Assembly: GCA_045837725.1 (NCBI GenBank) | Contig: JBEWZL010000156.1 | Coordinates: 1 to 64,000 of the forward strand | Length of the DNA stretch: 64,000 nucleotides | Reading direction: 5' to 3' | DNA from: Vermamoeba vermiformis | Taxonomy: Eukaryota | Part shown: one piece after another, positions 50,160-64,000 of the stretch | How positions within the stretch are numbered: position 1 is the stretch's first letter | Layout: each line of letters begins with the position of its first letter | Position numbers and translations under genes: made by a program | The notes under the pieces: model-generated | Seen by the model: the letters and a program-made list of their open reading frames with translations, nothing else | Told to the model about the DNA's origin: nothing | Database searches by the model: none

Positions 50160-52493
50160 TCACATTACAGAGCTCGTCACACCAGGGTTCCTAATATACA
50201 TTTCTAACTCGTCAATTTGCCTGCGCAAGTTTTGAACTAAATCATTTGAAGGTGAGTGCGTAATGTTGAGTATTTTAAACGACTCTTTGAAGTGTTCTAA
50301 CGCTTTTCTTTCTTCGTATAAGTAACTGCCATATTAAAAATTAATACGAAGGTCATTTTGGTATGTTTTTTTGTACCTTTCAAGCTTCGCTAACGTCGTT
50401 AATTGAAGGCCCAATAACGGCCATCTAGGATCATAGACCGCTATATATTGTTAGTATAATATCGTATATGAGAGGTATCGTATGAATGGTACCTCTATAA
50501 ATAGGAATGCTTTTTTCGCACCAGTGCTTTGCTCGCGTGAAATTTGACGTTTGTACGTTCAAGTTCATCAATTTGTCGTAAAGTTTCATCAAAAACGCGT
50601 TTTCTTGGTACAACATTTGTTCGAAAGTCGTAGATAACGGCTCTAATAGCTTAATCTGATGTTCAACTACGGGCGTAGAGTCAATAAAGCCGCGAAATTT
50701 CAATTCGAATTTGAATTTTACCTTCTTCAGTGGTTTTTGTTGGTGCTGTCCAAATCTTGAATTCTTCGAGGCTCTTATTGTACTTTTGTTTGACATCAAA
50801 TTCTTTGTAATCATTCCAGCTCTTATTGCATTTGTTGCAAGTTAATTGCTCTAAAAGAACCTTAGTTAATTTCGACTGGTCGGTCGAACAATTTTTTTTT
50901 TTGTACCATTATCTGGATCTACTAAACCTTGGCATAAGTGTATCGCTGCATCGAAACGCTTTAAGTGTAAGGTTATATTCGTTATCCTACAAAAATATTA
51001 GCGAGGTGTTGTGAGATCTAGTGAAAAAAAATGCATTGCGTACCTGACACTTGTGACATTGACACGTGAAATAGAAGTGATCTTGCAATTCTTTTTGACG
51101 TTCTTCTTTTGACACACCGACCTCTACGTACGGAATAGTGATCTTTTAACATAATCAGTGAATTAGCACTTGCGTCTAAACAATGACATTATGACACTTT
51201 GACACGTTGAGTGTCACTTTTTAATTTTGCTTACCTCATCTCCAATAGCGATGTTTTGAATGGCTCGTACTTTGATTGTAATGCCATCGAATATTACAAC
51301 GCAATTTGGGCCACAGCTGTTGACACGAACATTAGATCAGTTATTCCGTACTAGTAACAATAAAAGCCTTACCTATGGTTTAAAAGAGCTGCCGTAGGAT
51401 ATAAACCTAAATAATAATATCAAATAGTTGTTATTATTTTAATTTTAATGTTGTAATTTTTGTTACCAATGCCAATCGGTTGCATTTCAGGGTTGGTAAT
51501 GTTGAAGTTATTTGTAGCGAACTACAAAAACATTAGTTGGTATTGACCTATACTATCTGATTATAGGTGCCTAGCACTTACTTTACAGAAAAGATCGAGC
51601 ATTTCTGTCGCGGTCAACATGCACTTCGGGTCCACGAGTTGTTGCACGAGCATTGACATTTGAGCAAAATTTAACACTTGTTCTTCGCTGAATTTATCTC
51701 GATCTAGCAAATTATATTAATATTAGATATATATGAATGATTAATATGGTCTTAATGATGACTGGCTGCGATCTGGATGTACTTACAAGAATTTAAAAAT
51801 TCAACGTCTTTCCAACTCAGTCCAGTTTGGTATTCTTTCTTTTCTTCGATTTCTTTTTGTCGTTTTCTTAATAATCTCGCCATTAATAATAAAGTTTCAG
51901 TCGGTCTGTTCGGATGTAGCTTGACCAAACTTTTGCATTCTTCTTTATGCTCAGCCCAATGCCTTTTCTAAGACAACAATGTTATTACAATACTTTTATA
52001 TATGACTATAATTATAATTACGTACTTGGCAGGGTTCTGAACAGTAATACACGTATTTACATTGCGAGCATCGTTTTACGGCTCTGATCTCATTGCCAGC
52101 CGCAAAGCAATTCGAGCAATAAAGCTATATTAATGTAATTAATAAAATATCATATTATTTACGGCAATATTACCGATAGATTTTGTGGACGAAGGATAGA
52201 AACTAGCGGATTCGCACTAAATACTAGATCCCCTGTGAAACAATTTTAAAAATTAGAATAGCAGGAAGAATATCATTACATGTATATTTAGAATGCATAT
52301 TAGTAATGCGATCAATATTTAAAATTGTTTGAGTCCAGGTGAAAACCACATCCAAACATTTACCAGGTGAAAATGCCTTTGTAGCTCTTAATAGTCTTCC
52401 TTTCACATCGTCTGTATCCACGCGCAAATGAAATGACTTTAAATGATTATCGATTTGTGTATTCATTCTGTTTGCGTTAATCAAATGCGACAT
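50160..52493 (-). CDS. SMYD-family SET-MYND lysine methyltransferase
   Basis: KGRLLRATK, CSNC..RCSQCKYVYYC..CQ..HW..HKEEC, GLYPTAALLNHSCGPNC, FYFTCQCHKC, TPR-like tail. Confidence 0.92.
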
Positions 52494-52570
52494 CCGAAAA
52501 AAAAACCTTGTGTTCGCCAAGATTGACTTGAGTATCGAGCGGCCTATAATTATACAAGACAAAGTAATAT

Positions 52571-53975
52571 TTACAGTTGTTTAGTCAGAGCAAAGAGACA
52601 GTACAAAGGATTATGATCGCTCAATTTTCTGTTCCCGATCGTATCCGCTAAAACACCGTATTGCTTGCATCTAGATCAATAGTTATTACACAGATAATCA
52701 ATAGTACGGCATATTATAAATATATTCTTACGCAATTCTTTCGCCACGAATAAAGATCATATCGATAATCGCCTGAACTTCGTTGTTCCAGCCTACAAAA
52801 GTGAACGTGCCTCCAATATGCGGTGTTTCTGTTGTCGGTATTTGTTTCATTTCCAGTAAATTTATACCTGCATTAACATTGATTAATTAATAAACATCAG
52901 TAAATCAAATTAAATTTCGTACCAGCTGCATCCGCCTCTTCATTGAAATCTCCGCATAAAATTATCGTAGCCTCTGGATATTTTTGTTGAAGTTCATCGA
53001 GTTTATCATTAATCTAAGCAATAGAACAAACGTGTAATAATTAATACTTCAAAAATGTCGATGCGAACGTACCACTTCAGCACTAAAAATTCTGGCTTGA
53101 GAACCGACATGGTCCCAATGAGTATTCATTATAATTAACTCCCGATTAGACCTACCAAAAATAGATATCAGATTGTGCGGGTGATTGTTTAATTGGTTGA
53201 TCCAATGTCATTTTGACAGCGTGTCACAAACTTACAATTTGTCGAATAAATTCACCCAAATCGTTTGTCGAACGCCTGTACAGCATATAAGATTAGAATT
53301 ATAAAATACAATATGACATAATTTTGTTGAGCATACATGCTGAGTCCCAACTCTGACTGCCAGGTACATCCGGTTCTGTACTAAGCCAAAAACAACCCTT
53401 GTCTTTCAGCTCGAATCGATTCTTCTTCCAAAATATAGGTTGATATTCACTAGCTAATTTATAGCGGTTAAGTTAAACGGAGAAGTTGGTAGCAGAAGGT
53501 ACTTACTTCCGTCTGCGTTTCTTCCTCGTCCATAATATTCATATTCAGTCAATTGACTAGCAATAAATTTTGATTGAGGCTCGTGAGGTTCTTGATAACA
53601 AATAATGTCGACATCGTAATGACGTGGCATTTCAGCAATTGGATCTGCACAGTAGAGCAATTAAATAAATGACCCCTATTATTTAAAAATGTATTTGATA
53701 TTATAGGTATAAAAAGTATGATTTATAGGTCTAGAAAATGCCGAGAAGATTTTTTGTAATTTTGTTGGTAACTTACTCTGCCTGTATTCCCAATCTTCCT
53801 GCCAATTATTACTGCCGCTTAGAGGAATATTAAATGATAATAATTTTAGTGGTATTTCATTGTCTTTTAATTCTATTGATGGGATCTGCGTCCATTTTCT
53901 TTCTTCGTTTAGCAACCGATTATGTAACCCTGGATCCGTTACTAAAGCTTGTGCTTTGTTTAGTTGGTTGCCCAT
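52571..53975 (-). CDS. Endonuclease/exonuclease/phosphatase (EEP) family protein
   Basis: LLSFNI, DIICYQE, YGRGR, FWLSTEP, NTHWDH, ILCGDFN, IDMIF, SDHNP. Confidence 0.9.
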
Positions 53976-54525
53976 ATTTGCGCTCAGTAGTGTTATCCAC
54001 TTGTTGGTAGTAGTTTGAACGGATGCACAAAAAAAATTGAACTAGCCAAGTCTGTTGAAGAGATAGATAGTTGGGACCCGAAATAAATAAATAAATTGTA
54101 TAATAAAATCCGAAGAAGGGTCCCGATGCAATTGCAAAATCGGCAAGCCACCGCCAAAAACGCCTCTCCTACGATACCACACGTAAAAGAGAAACAAACG
54201 CAGAGGGTGTTTGGATGCCTGACTGAATTTTTGAGATCGTTACCCGGTACAGTAAAGAAATACCCCAATCCGTACCATCGCCGCCAGTTGAGAAAGCCGC
54301 GACCGGAAAGGAAAGAGGACGCCCTCGACCCCACAAACTAGAAAGAGGGAAGCGCGCGGAAGCAGCGAGAGAGGAAGAAGGAAGGGAAGAAGGGGGGGCG
54401 TCTGTCACCTGGGTTTTTTAATTGTTGGTCGGGCTGTCAGCCCCCAACTATCTATCTCTCTGAAGCTGGGTTTTGAAATTGATGAATTTATTCAAATTAA
54501 TGCGTACAAAATTCGACTATTAAAT

Positions 54526-56523
54526 TTAGTTATTAGCGCCCAAGAGCTTCTTGAATCCTTCCTTTTGTTCCTCAGTCAACGTTTCAGGGAACAAAACAGT
54601 GAACTCGACAAAGAGATTTCCTTTTTGGGAAGGGAAATTATGATGTGGCATGCCTTCTTCGGCAATAACGCGAATAAGACCAGGCTTGGTTACGCCATCC
54701 GAAGAAATTTCAACTTTGTGGCCGTCCAAGTGCTCAATAGTCTTAGTGTAACCAACCAAGGCCTATATAACGATAAACATAAGTGATATTAAATATTGAG
54801 GCGAAAAGTGATGCGAATAAATTATTTCAAACTTGATCTGGATGTTGGATCGCTAAAAAGACGTACCTCTAACAAAGTAATAGTAGTCTTGTAGTGCAAG
54901 TCATTGCCACGGCGAACAAAGAGAGGATGAGGTTGAGTCTTAATCTTGAAGATAACGTCACCAGGGTTGATACCAGGGTTCTGGTCATTCTCGCCTTCAA
55001 GCACCTAAAAGAATTGCCCGCGTTAATAAAAAATAATATTAAAGCCACATTATTATCATAGTAGAGGTACTTGGATATTAATATTAAGTATTATATTAGA
55101 GTCGTTAAGTAGTTCGCGGAATTGTTCGAGATCTACTTACAATAGCGTGGTCCTCAGGCATGCCTTGCTCGACGACAACAGTCAACAATTCCTCGCCTTG
55201 AGTGACCTTGTGACCACTGCAGTGAGGGCAAACAGAATTGATAATACGACCTTGACCACCGCACTTCTCGCAGCTACAGAGGTGCGTTAATACACGTGTT
55301 CGCACGAGTAAAAATTTTTCGTGTTAAAATTCGAAATTGAGCCGTACTTGCAATTCGAACAAAATGCATATTAATTACTATTAAAGTATTGGTACTTACG
55401 TGACTTGAGTTTGAGTGACGAAACCAGGGCCCAATCGTTGAGTCTTGACTTGAACACCACTGCCACCGCAAACAGGACACTTTTGTACGTCATCAGGGTT
55501 CTAAAATAAAATAAATATTAATATCAATATCAATATAAAATAAAAGCAATATTTATCGCGTTAGAGAATAAGCAAGAATTATTAGTAATAAAGAAATTTG
55601 TATCCTAAGCGAAATGTTACTAACCTTGGCACCAGTACCGCGGCACTTAGGACATAAAATTTGCTTCTTGTGCAAGACTTGGAAAGTTTTTCCGTTGTAC
55701 AAATCTTCGAGCGTGACGGGCAAATCGATTTCAAGGCTCGGTCCTCGCTGCTCTTCTTGTTCTATTCAAGTAATGTTAGCATCATTAAGAATTTATGGAA
55801 ATAATAGTACTTACGTCCATGGAAGTGACCATGACCACCAGTAAAGCTAAATATTAAAAGAAATTAATACGTGCTAATGACACAGTGGTGACGTCAGATC
55901 GGAGTTAGTAAAAATAAATCGTAGAGGAATATTAAAATTGCTTAAAAATATTCGAAATGTACGAAATTATGCAAGCAGTAAATGGTATAATTATGATTAT
56001 TCTTTTGCAAGTGCCAGATCCAGATTTCAAACTTACGCTGAAAAAATATCGAATGGATCTCTGAATTTAGCGCCACCGCCTTGTTTTAAACCTTCTTCAC
56101 CATATTGGTCATAGGTACGACGCTTTTCTTCGTCAGAAAGGACCTCATAGGCTGTGGAGTTGGATTTAGGTTAATATCAATAATGCGGTTGCAGAGAAGG
56201 ATTATAAATCGAGAATAAATAGCAATAATAATTACCATTGGATATCTCCTCGAATTTTTTCTTCTTTTCCTCGTCTCCCTTGTGCTGTAATTTAAAAAGG
56301 AATTATTACATATTCGCATCTACACGTCTGAATATTCCTGCAGACTTACCTTATCGGGGTGGTAAGTAAGGGATAATTGGCGGTAGGCTTTTTTGATTTG
56401 TTGCTGAGATGCGTCACGAGGAACACCGAGGATCTTGTAATAATCCTTGTCGGCCAATGTCTCCGTAATGCAAAACACTACAAATACAAAAATACCAATC
56501 AATATAATATTCCTTGTGTTCAT
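54526..56523 (-). CDS. ER-luminal DnaJ co-chaperone (ERdj3/DNAJB11/Scj1-like)
   Basis: Signal peptide, [13 protein letters not shown], CxxCxGxG motifs and C-terminal [12 protein letters not shown]. Confidence 0.92.
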
Positions 56524-56735
56524 GGTTGGTACTGGATAGCTAGAATGCGAAACAAGCAACCAACAGCCACGTCATTTTGGTAGATTTCGCTATTTTGCTT
56601 GTCAAATTTTATTTTCTGTCATAGCAACGTCATATCATTACAAATTCACCCAGTACACTACACGACTGTGGTTTACTTTTGGCGTTAGGGCGAGCCCGTC
56701 GAATAACAGCGTACAGGAGATCCGGGATTTTCGCA

Positions 56736-58867
56736 ATGCTAATCTCGCCTTACAAATTAATTTTATTATTGTCTATATTTTATTTATGCAGTATTTCATA
56801 TGCCGAGGATCCCACGTAGGTAGAATCTCATCACGAATTTTTCATGAATTAACAATTTGGTAGTCTAGAAATCTATAAAAATCCTCCTGTATTTACAATC
56901 GAAGGTAATATAAATGTATATAGGCGACATACATTATAATCTAATAATGCATTGCTTTCAAAGGTCAAGTTGAGAAAATTGACGCGCCATCCAACATTGA
57001 TTACAAAGCCTTCGTTAAACAATACAATGCACCCATCATACTTAGAAAAACAGTAATCGACGAGTGGGATGCGCGTCAAGAAATGGGACGTGGAGTATTT
57101 AAATAAGAACTTGCCAGGCCTAGTAAGTCATGACGCGATCCGGTAACTTTAAACTAACCAAAATCCAACCCAGAAAAAAGTTCATATTTCAAATTCGTAT
57201 AAAATTGACTTCTTTAACGGCGCCAAAGAGTACCCGATGTCCGTTTTGCCCACAGTGCCTAAGGAATGGAACACTACTGTCCGCGAGTTCATGTCCACAC
57301 GTGCTTTCTTCGCGAAAATTGAGAACCCCACGGACACTGACTACGTTTATTTCACTGGAAGCATGTACACGCTGCATAAGTAAGTCTACTCTATCATATG
57401 AGAGTTAATATAACGATTGCCTAATTAGGAAAATTTGGCCTGATGTGAAGCCTGTGGATCTGTTCTGGATCAGGAAGGAAGGCAAGCAAGTTAACATTTG
57501 GTTAGGCAAAGCTGGAGTTACTTCACAAGCACATTACGATGCTTCTTATAATTTCTTTGCGCAAATTTCCGGAAAGTAAGTCTTCGTGTTACAAGTTAAT
57601 CGGATCTGCGTAGGTTACTAAGCTAAGTGCTTCTTAGAAAGAGATTTCTATTGTTCAATCCCACGGAATACAAAAACTTGTATATGTACCCTATGCTTCA
57701 TCCGTACGCACGCGAGTCTCAAGTCAACTTGGAAACTCCTGATCTGGCTACCTTTCCTAACATTACGAAAGCACGTGCTATCGAGGTAAATATTCACTAT
57801 ATATTAGTAAGTTTTTATTAATGTATTTATATAGGCGATCTTAGAGCCTGGAGACTTGTTGTATTTGCCGCCGTTTTGGCTTCATCACGTGACAGCTCTG
57901 ACGACGAGTATTTCGATCAATGTGTGGAGCGATGCTGAAGAACAAGTGATCTATAATAAGCACTTGACTAAGCAACCGTTGCCTTTTAGCGCTGAATGGG
58001 AATTGTAAGCGGAGTCACACGTTTTCGATATCTACTTAATTTTAACGAATAATTTTAGATCCAAGCGCATCCAATTGGTTCGTTATTTCTTGTACCAATT
58101 AGTCGATGCAGTGTTGGGCAAGCATTGTCGTTATAAGTATAATCTTAATGACTAGTCATACTAATGATGTATTTAGGTGAAAACAAGGCACATGAATTCT
58201 TGCACGAGACTATCTATACTTCTCGATACAAAACGTTCTTAGCAACTGCCTTTGCTAAACCACCAAGCATTGATTTAAGTATCTGCGAACAAGGACTTGA
58301 GACTTTGAAGTCCTCAAATATTAGATCCAGATCTGGATCGCACATCGAGAACAAGCCACAAGCTGTTGCTACTGGCATTGATTCGAGTAGCATTAACGGC
58401 GAACACGTGAATCATTTCGAAAAAGTGTCACAGTACGTAGACGAGCATAAAGATGACGTCGTGGAAGGAAATGATGGAGATGATGTGGCGAAGACTGAGG
58501 ACCAGCAGCAAAAAGAGAGTCAAGAAGAGGTTAAAAAGGATACTATTGAAGAGAATAACGAGCCAAAAGAAGAAAAAATCCAAGACGAGAATACTGAAGG
58601 AAAAGTCGAGCAAGAAAATGTCGAAGAGAAGAAGAAAAAGAAGCGATCGAGAATACTGAAGATGAAACCGACCAATCACCGTTCGCCAAAGAGATTAAAG
58701 ATATTGATACGTTCTTGAACGAGAAAATTATTGGTGAGTTTGAAAGAATGAAAAAATACCAAAGAGAAGGCGTGATGGACTTGCTATTGGATTACTATAT
58801 TGAAGGTGTCGTAGAGTTGATGTTCGGCGTAGCTAATGTACCTTATTATTTCGACAAATGTTTGTAA
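56736..58867 (+). CDS. JmjC/cupin-8 hydroxylase with hydrophobic N-terminus; apparent frameshift near 58630
   Basis: NIWLGKAGVTSQAHYDASYNFFAQISGKKRF, LEPGDLLYLPPFWLHHV, SISINVW. The acidic tail continues in a shifted frame to TAA at 58867. Confidence 0.85.
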
Positions 58868-59134
58868 AAATCTCCGATAATAAAGATTAATTGACTAATT
58901 TGGAATTTAAGCGGTATTAAGCAGTCATAATATTGAATACTAACTCTAATTTCTTAAATTTACGGATTGAATGGTAATTTGGATAGGGAAAGGCGCGTAA
59001 GGTAGATCAAAATAGTTCACAAGATCACGTGGCGCTTTCGAACAACGTTTCAGAACGGGACAAAACTAATTCTAATTCGCATTTGTAGAAACAACCACCA
59101 TTAAAGTTCCATGTATATAGTTGCGCTCTAAGCA

Positions 59135-61556
59135 ATGACCTTCTGTAGAAATTGTGGCGCCAAATCTGACGAAGCGGGCAGATTCTGTCACGAGTGCGGT
59201 ACCAAGCGTGGTGAAGGCAACGCTTATTGTTACCATTGCGGTGAGGCTGGTGGAGACAATAATCCTGCCAAGATCTGCACTCTATGTAACAAGAAGGCCC
59301 CTTCTGGAATCCCAGATCTCGGGCCGCCAAAACGTCCGGAACGTTCTGAGTAAGCAGCGAATATATTGAAATTATACAATAATTATGGAGATTCTTTACA
59401 GCGACTACGACTATTACTTACAGCAAAATTTAATATTAAATAATTCGAAATTAATCAGAATGACTTGAATCGAGTTTGATGTTCACGTATATTTATACAA
59501 TTAGCATATTATACAAGAAAATAATAATAATAATTTGTTTTAGTCGAGCACCACTGCAAAGGAAGAGATCCAGTTCAGGTTCAGTTTTGGATGCAGCTCT
59601 TAAAGCAGCCAAAGCTCCTTCAACAGACACAGGTATGAAAATCAGATTAACATTCCTTAATTTTATTATCATGTTTTGTTGATACGGTATCTTTAATTCG
59701 TTCAGAAAATTCTAAAATATTTGCAAGCTTGGCATTTACACTGTATTTTATTCGAAGCAAGGATTTAAGTTTAGTTGATATCTATATTAGGAAATAATAA
59801 TCTAATTTTCGAATTAAAGAAATTACTGTGGAATGGTTGGCAAAAGCGACTGGAGAAAATAACGCGTCTCAAGTGAGCAGCTGGCATCAAATTTTAGCGA
59901 CCGAAAGAATAACAAGCACCAGTATATTAAAAAGGACTATCGATTCTCCATATTGGACCAGTTTAGTCCTTCCGATCGGAGTTAAAGTTCAGATCGAGAC
60001 ATTTATCAAGTCCCCTAGAAGCAACACTGAAGAGGCTGAAGAAGCAATAGGCGAATTAGAATCACCAAAAACAAGGCCTAGCGCCATGAACGGATTAAAA
60101 CCAAAGTCAAAAACATTGCGTCAAGTGCGCGGTGAAATTAGCACTGCGAGTAATAACGAACAAAATGATCCTATACCTGAGATCAATATTAGTCCTGTTA
60201 AAGCGGTTAGTCCTAAGGGAGGCAAGCCATTGTAAGTATAATATAGTCTTGACCGCCTCAATAGTAACTATAGTTACTTACATAATGTTATTTTAGACCG
60301 CCCATCCCGCCTAGAAAAGAACGTAAGCCCTTAGCAGTAACAATTCCCAGCACGTCCATTCCATCACCTGCCTCACCAAAATCAGCGACTATTTCACCGA
60401 TGGAATCACCGCGAAACAAATCTGGACCGAGCTCACCACGCGGTGTAATGTTTGCTGAGCCAAGTTATTCACCTCGTAGCCACGTTATTGTTGTCGAACA
60501 CAGCTCTCCTCGCGAAGAAAAGAGTGGCTCAATATCTCCTCGTAAAGGCGATGCTTCACCACGGTAAGTGACATGAAAAACACCTCTGGTGCGGACAGCG
60601 ATTAATTCTTTCTGCAGTGCTATTGATAGCAGTACACCAAGGGCGCCGCCGCCAATTACGAGTGAAAGTTTGAAGCCATCAAAATCCGACACAACTGTTG
60701 TGCCACCACCGAGACCACCGCGTAGACTAGTCAGAACAAACAGTGAAGGCGCGTCTACAAGAAGCAAAATTGAAGCTCCACCTGTTAGGCGGAGAGAAAG
60801 TGATGCTCCTGAGATGAGAAGTACAATTAGTACCAAGAATAATAACAACGATGTTGGCGAGCCGGATGTGAAGTTGGTACGTTTGAACGGAATTCAAAAT
60901 ATTGTCAAAATGGTATTGATGCATTGTTCTAGGTTAAATCTACGTTTGGTACTTCGGGCAAGTCAAAGACACTTCGAGATAAAGCTCTAAATTTGGAAAT
61001 TAACAAGCCCGTGGCAAAAAGCAGTGTTGTAAGTACACCACTTTAACAACATTTCACGTGCTGACAATAGCATTTAGGGCGATTCTATTGGTCGTATTTT
61101 AGCCGACGTGACGGGTCATAACGAGTCTAATCAGTTTAAGGCCTATGTGTCGCATTGGGAGGAAAAACCAAAGGCTTTAGATTCGAAGAAAACAGTGACT
61201 ATGATGAGCATAATTGTTTCTAACGGAGCTGAACATTGGTCTGTGTTTAGACGTTACGGACAATTCGAGAAGTTGGACTCTGGGTTAAAGAAGAAGGGAG
61301 CCCTGCCTTATAGCGATAACACGTTAAAGAATCTCGGAAAGCCGTCGGATCCAGCACTTTTACGCGACGTTTTGAACCGCTATTTAATGTACATATTAGG
61401 AAATCCTGTCGTCCAGGCTCATCATTACTTGCATAACTTTTTGATGCCGGTACGTATCAAGTACTTAAATATTGTTGCAAGTTACTAACGCGGATGTAGG
61501 TTCAAATCGGAGATGTAAAGCCAACTCAAGTCAATCAAAAGAAAGAAGAAAAATAA
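59135..61556 (+). CDS. Double zinc ribbon + SAM-like + Pro/Ser-rich linker + PX-domain protein
   Basis: CRNCG..FCHECG..YCYHCG..ICTLC; WTSLVLPIGVKVQI; PX motifs WSVFRRYGQFEKLD and LNRYL..IL..FL. Confidence 0.75.
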
Positions 61557-61700
61557 TGGTGATTGATGGTTATTTATTATGTTCATAGTCCTAGAGATGT
61601 TAGAGCGATGTAAATAAAGAATCGCATAACCAAAATTTATTCTGATCTGCTTCCTTCGCTATAAGAAAAGATAAAGGAGATTTATTTTACATACGTCGTA

Positions 61701-63099
61701 TTAAGCATTTAAAGCGTCAATAACTTGGTACAAAGATTCGTCAGCGACGCTATTATAAGACAAAGTCAATTGTTTCAAGCTCTTGTGGTTGTTCATCGAA
61801 ATTCCTTGTGAAAGTAAAGTCAGGCCTGCAGTACCTAAACTATTGCCCATAAGATTAACTTCTACTAGACGTAGTATTAACGCCCAATAATTCTGCTACG
61901 TGGCGCGATCCAATTCGACCAATCGTGTTCCAGCCAAGATCCATACGAATCAATGAGATATTATTTCGTAGCGCTTGGCAGATATGTTTTGTGCCTTCCG
62001 GGCCTATCAAACGAAAGAGTTTAGCAATCGATTACCAAATTAAGAAGTCCAATAAATTGTCCGAAGAATTTCCTCGCAAAATAAAGTAGTTCATTTGTAC
62101 TGGCAGAAAACTTGGTACTATCGAATGATAATTATAATTACCTATCTTATTTTGTCTAACACTAAGCTGAACTAAACCAGTGTTATTTTCCAACCCTTCT
62201 GCAAGCAACTTCGCGCCTTCATCGCCTAACTCAACTTGATTCAAACTAAGCCTTTGAAGAACATCGTTCATCGTTAATCCAAGGGCTATGCCTCGTGCGC
62301 CCTATAAATAGAGTGAGTATAATTCGTTATTAATGAGTTCAACGGATCTTCTTAAAATTTAAATTTCCGATCGAGTACTTACGTTGGCTCCGAGTGTTGA
62401 ATTTTGAGAGATATCGAGCTCTATTAATGTCCTATTCACAGCTAACATATCGCCTAAGTGTTCAGAGCCTTGCGGACCAATCTTGTTGTTATACAGATCC
62501 AGTCGCATAATGTTCTTATTTGATTTTAACGCCTCGCTTATTAATCGAATGCCGTCATCACCTAAAAATAGGATCATTGTTAAATATTACTATTATAATT
62601 CGAATTAATGGTTTGTAATCGTACCAATCGAATTATTTGACAGATCGATTTGCACTAACGACGAATTCATTTTAATAAGAGCAGCCATATATTTAGCACC
62701 TTCATTGTCCATATTGACGCCTGATAATTTCAAGCTGGTCACGTGCTTATTATCTTTCAAGCACATTGTGATTTCGCGGGCAAACTGTCCATCCACGTTC
62801 AAAAAATTGACTTCGTACGAAGTAATCGTTGGATCATTATTGGCAATTTTATCTAAAATCTAGAAGAGTATATATTAATAATTGCAGGGTTATCTAGGGT
62901 GGCATTTCGTCTCCGGTAAATTAATGCACAGCGTATACGAATAAAATTAATTAATTATGCATAATAAATTGTAATCATATATTATTGGAAGCCAAATATG
63001 TATTAGTTGATCTAATACGTATTTTTTGGCGTTGAGCAAACGGATCGGGTAAATTGATTTTCAATTGGATCTTGATATTTAACTTACACTATCATCCAT
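61701..63099 (-). CDS. RNI-like leucine-rich repeat protein (NLRC3/tropomodulin-type LRRs)
   Basis: Repeated LxxNxxLxxLDLxxNxIGxxG units across exons; start MDDS|ILDKIANNDPT. Confidence 0.88.
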
Positions 63100-63399
63100 T
63101 ATGGCCAATAAATATTAGTTCGATAAATATAAATAAATACAGATCTGCTATGTTAATAATAACGACCCCTTTTGTGTTCGATTATCAACTTTCAGGTAGA
63201 AATTTTAATTTCTAAATTCACGCGTGAGACAGACAACAAGCACAGTAATCAAGACACGTGTGTATTTATTTATTTTGAAGTGCTTGATTGTGGCCACTAA
63301 AATTCATCGGACAAAGCAAACGCTAACCTCAGCAGATCGAACTGAAAAACCAGATCGAGAGAATCTCCGCCAATAACCATATTTTAGCAATTATAAATT

Positions 63400-64000
63400 A
63401 TGCAAGTGCACCCAGAAGACGTTGGAGTATTTTTCAACTCAAAAGTACCATCCTACACGCAGATATTTCATAATGAATACGATGGATTCTTAGCTAATCA
63501 AGGATTCTCTTCAAAAAATCTCCATATTGATATTTTATACGGTAAGATTAATACTTAATTTATTTTACTCCCTGTGAATTACTGAAATTATATTCAATTT
63601 TTGTTGATTTTGCCGATTTAGCCTATTTCAAAATAATATTATACGATCAAACAATATTAGTATACGATCCTATATTAATTACTATTCTGGTTTTAATTTC
63701 AGGATTTCGAGATCTGTATCACACCACAAGAAGTTATCGGCACAAAATTCTGTCAATATTTGGCCGCGGAGGTATCGCTAATGTAAGTACATATTATGAA
63801 CTAAATATCAATAGTGTGGTTAATAACTTGTTTAACAGCGGAGGTGGGTCAAAAAAGAACGGATCGAAAATTTCAAACCGATAGCTGGCAATGTAGTGTG
63901 GGATGTGGAGAGCCATACGATAAGATATTGTCCTAATAAGGTAATTATCATATTTAAAACTATGTTGACGAAATCACAGAAATTTCCTCGCACATCCAGT
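63400..64000 (+). CDS. Hypothetical multi-exon gene, truncated by the window end
   Basis: ATG at 63400 and GT-AG-bounded exon-like blocks; phases are ambiguous. Confidence 0.35.

Noticed and set aside
1-64000. Alternative genetic code or stop readthrough to explain broken ORFs
   Set aside because: Long conserved genes use the standard code, and TAA, TAG and TGA all serve as stops; the breaks are explained by introns or single-base indels.

Overview
Gene-dense, intron-rich eukaryotic (protist) chromosomal DNA. Introns are short GT-AG type with CTAAC/CTAAT branch sites, the genetic code is standard, and EF-1alpha lacks the opisthokont insertion; an amoebozoan-type host is plausible but unproven. 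About 30 protein genes are present. Housekeeping genes include SMC3, RPB1, RPL10A/uL1, SEC12, FAD synthase, an ERdj3-like DnaJ, SMYD and METTL23-like methyltransferases, AlkB and JmjC dioxygenases, an MFS transporter, an EEP hydrolase, and PX and LRR proteins. The accessory-looking centre (about 25-36.5 kb) is a 2.1-kb inverted duplication of a strongly divergent EF-1alpha gene enclosing a 6.3-kb island. The island holds F-box genes or remnants, a Met-rich CxxCxGxG protein, a broken SWIM-like gene and three tightly packed orphan genes that share a C..Hx[WYF] / long beta-hairpin / CxxC 'zinc-clasp' architecture; these three are the best candidate for an undescribed system. Other notable signals: a perfect 12-bp palindrome (TGACACGTGTCA) found 8 times and only in predicted introns, an RPB1 with a GEPAT->GQLVT trigger-helix change and a Ser7-free, Arg7-rich CTD, and a Kelch-DUF4419-LRR fusion. 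Several T-poor G/C tracts and single-base frameshifts look like assembly errors. All exon structures were inferred by eye.
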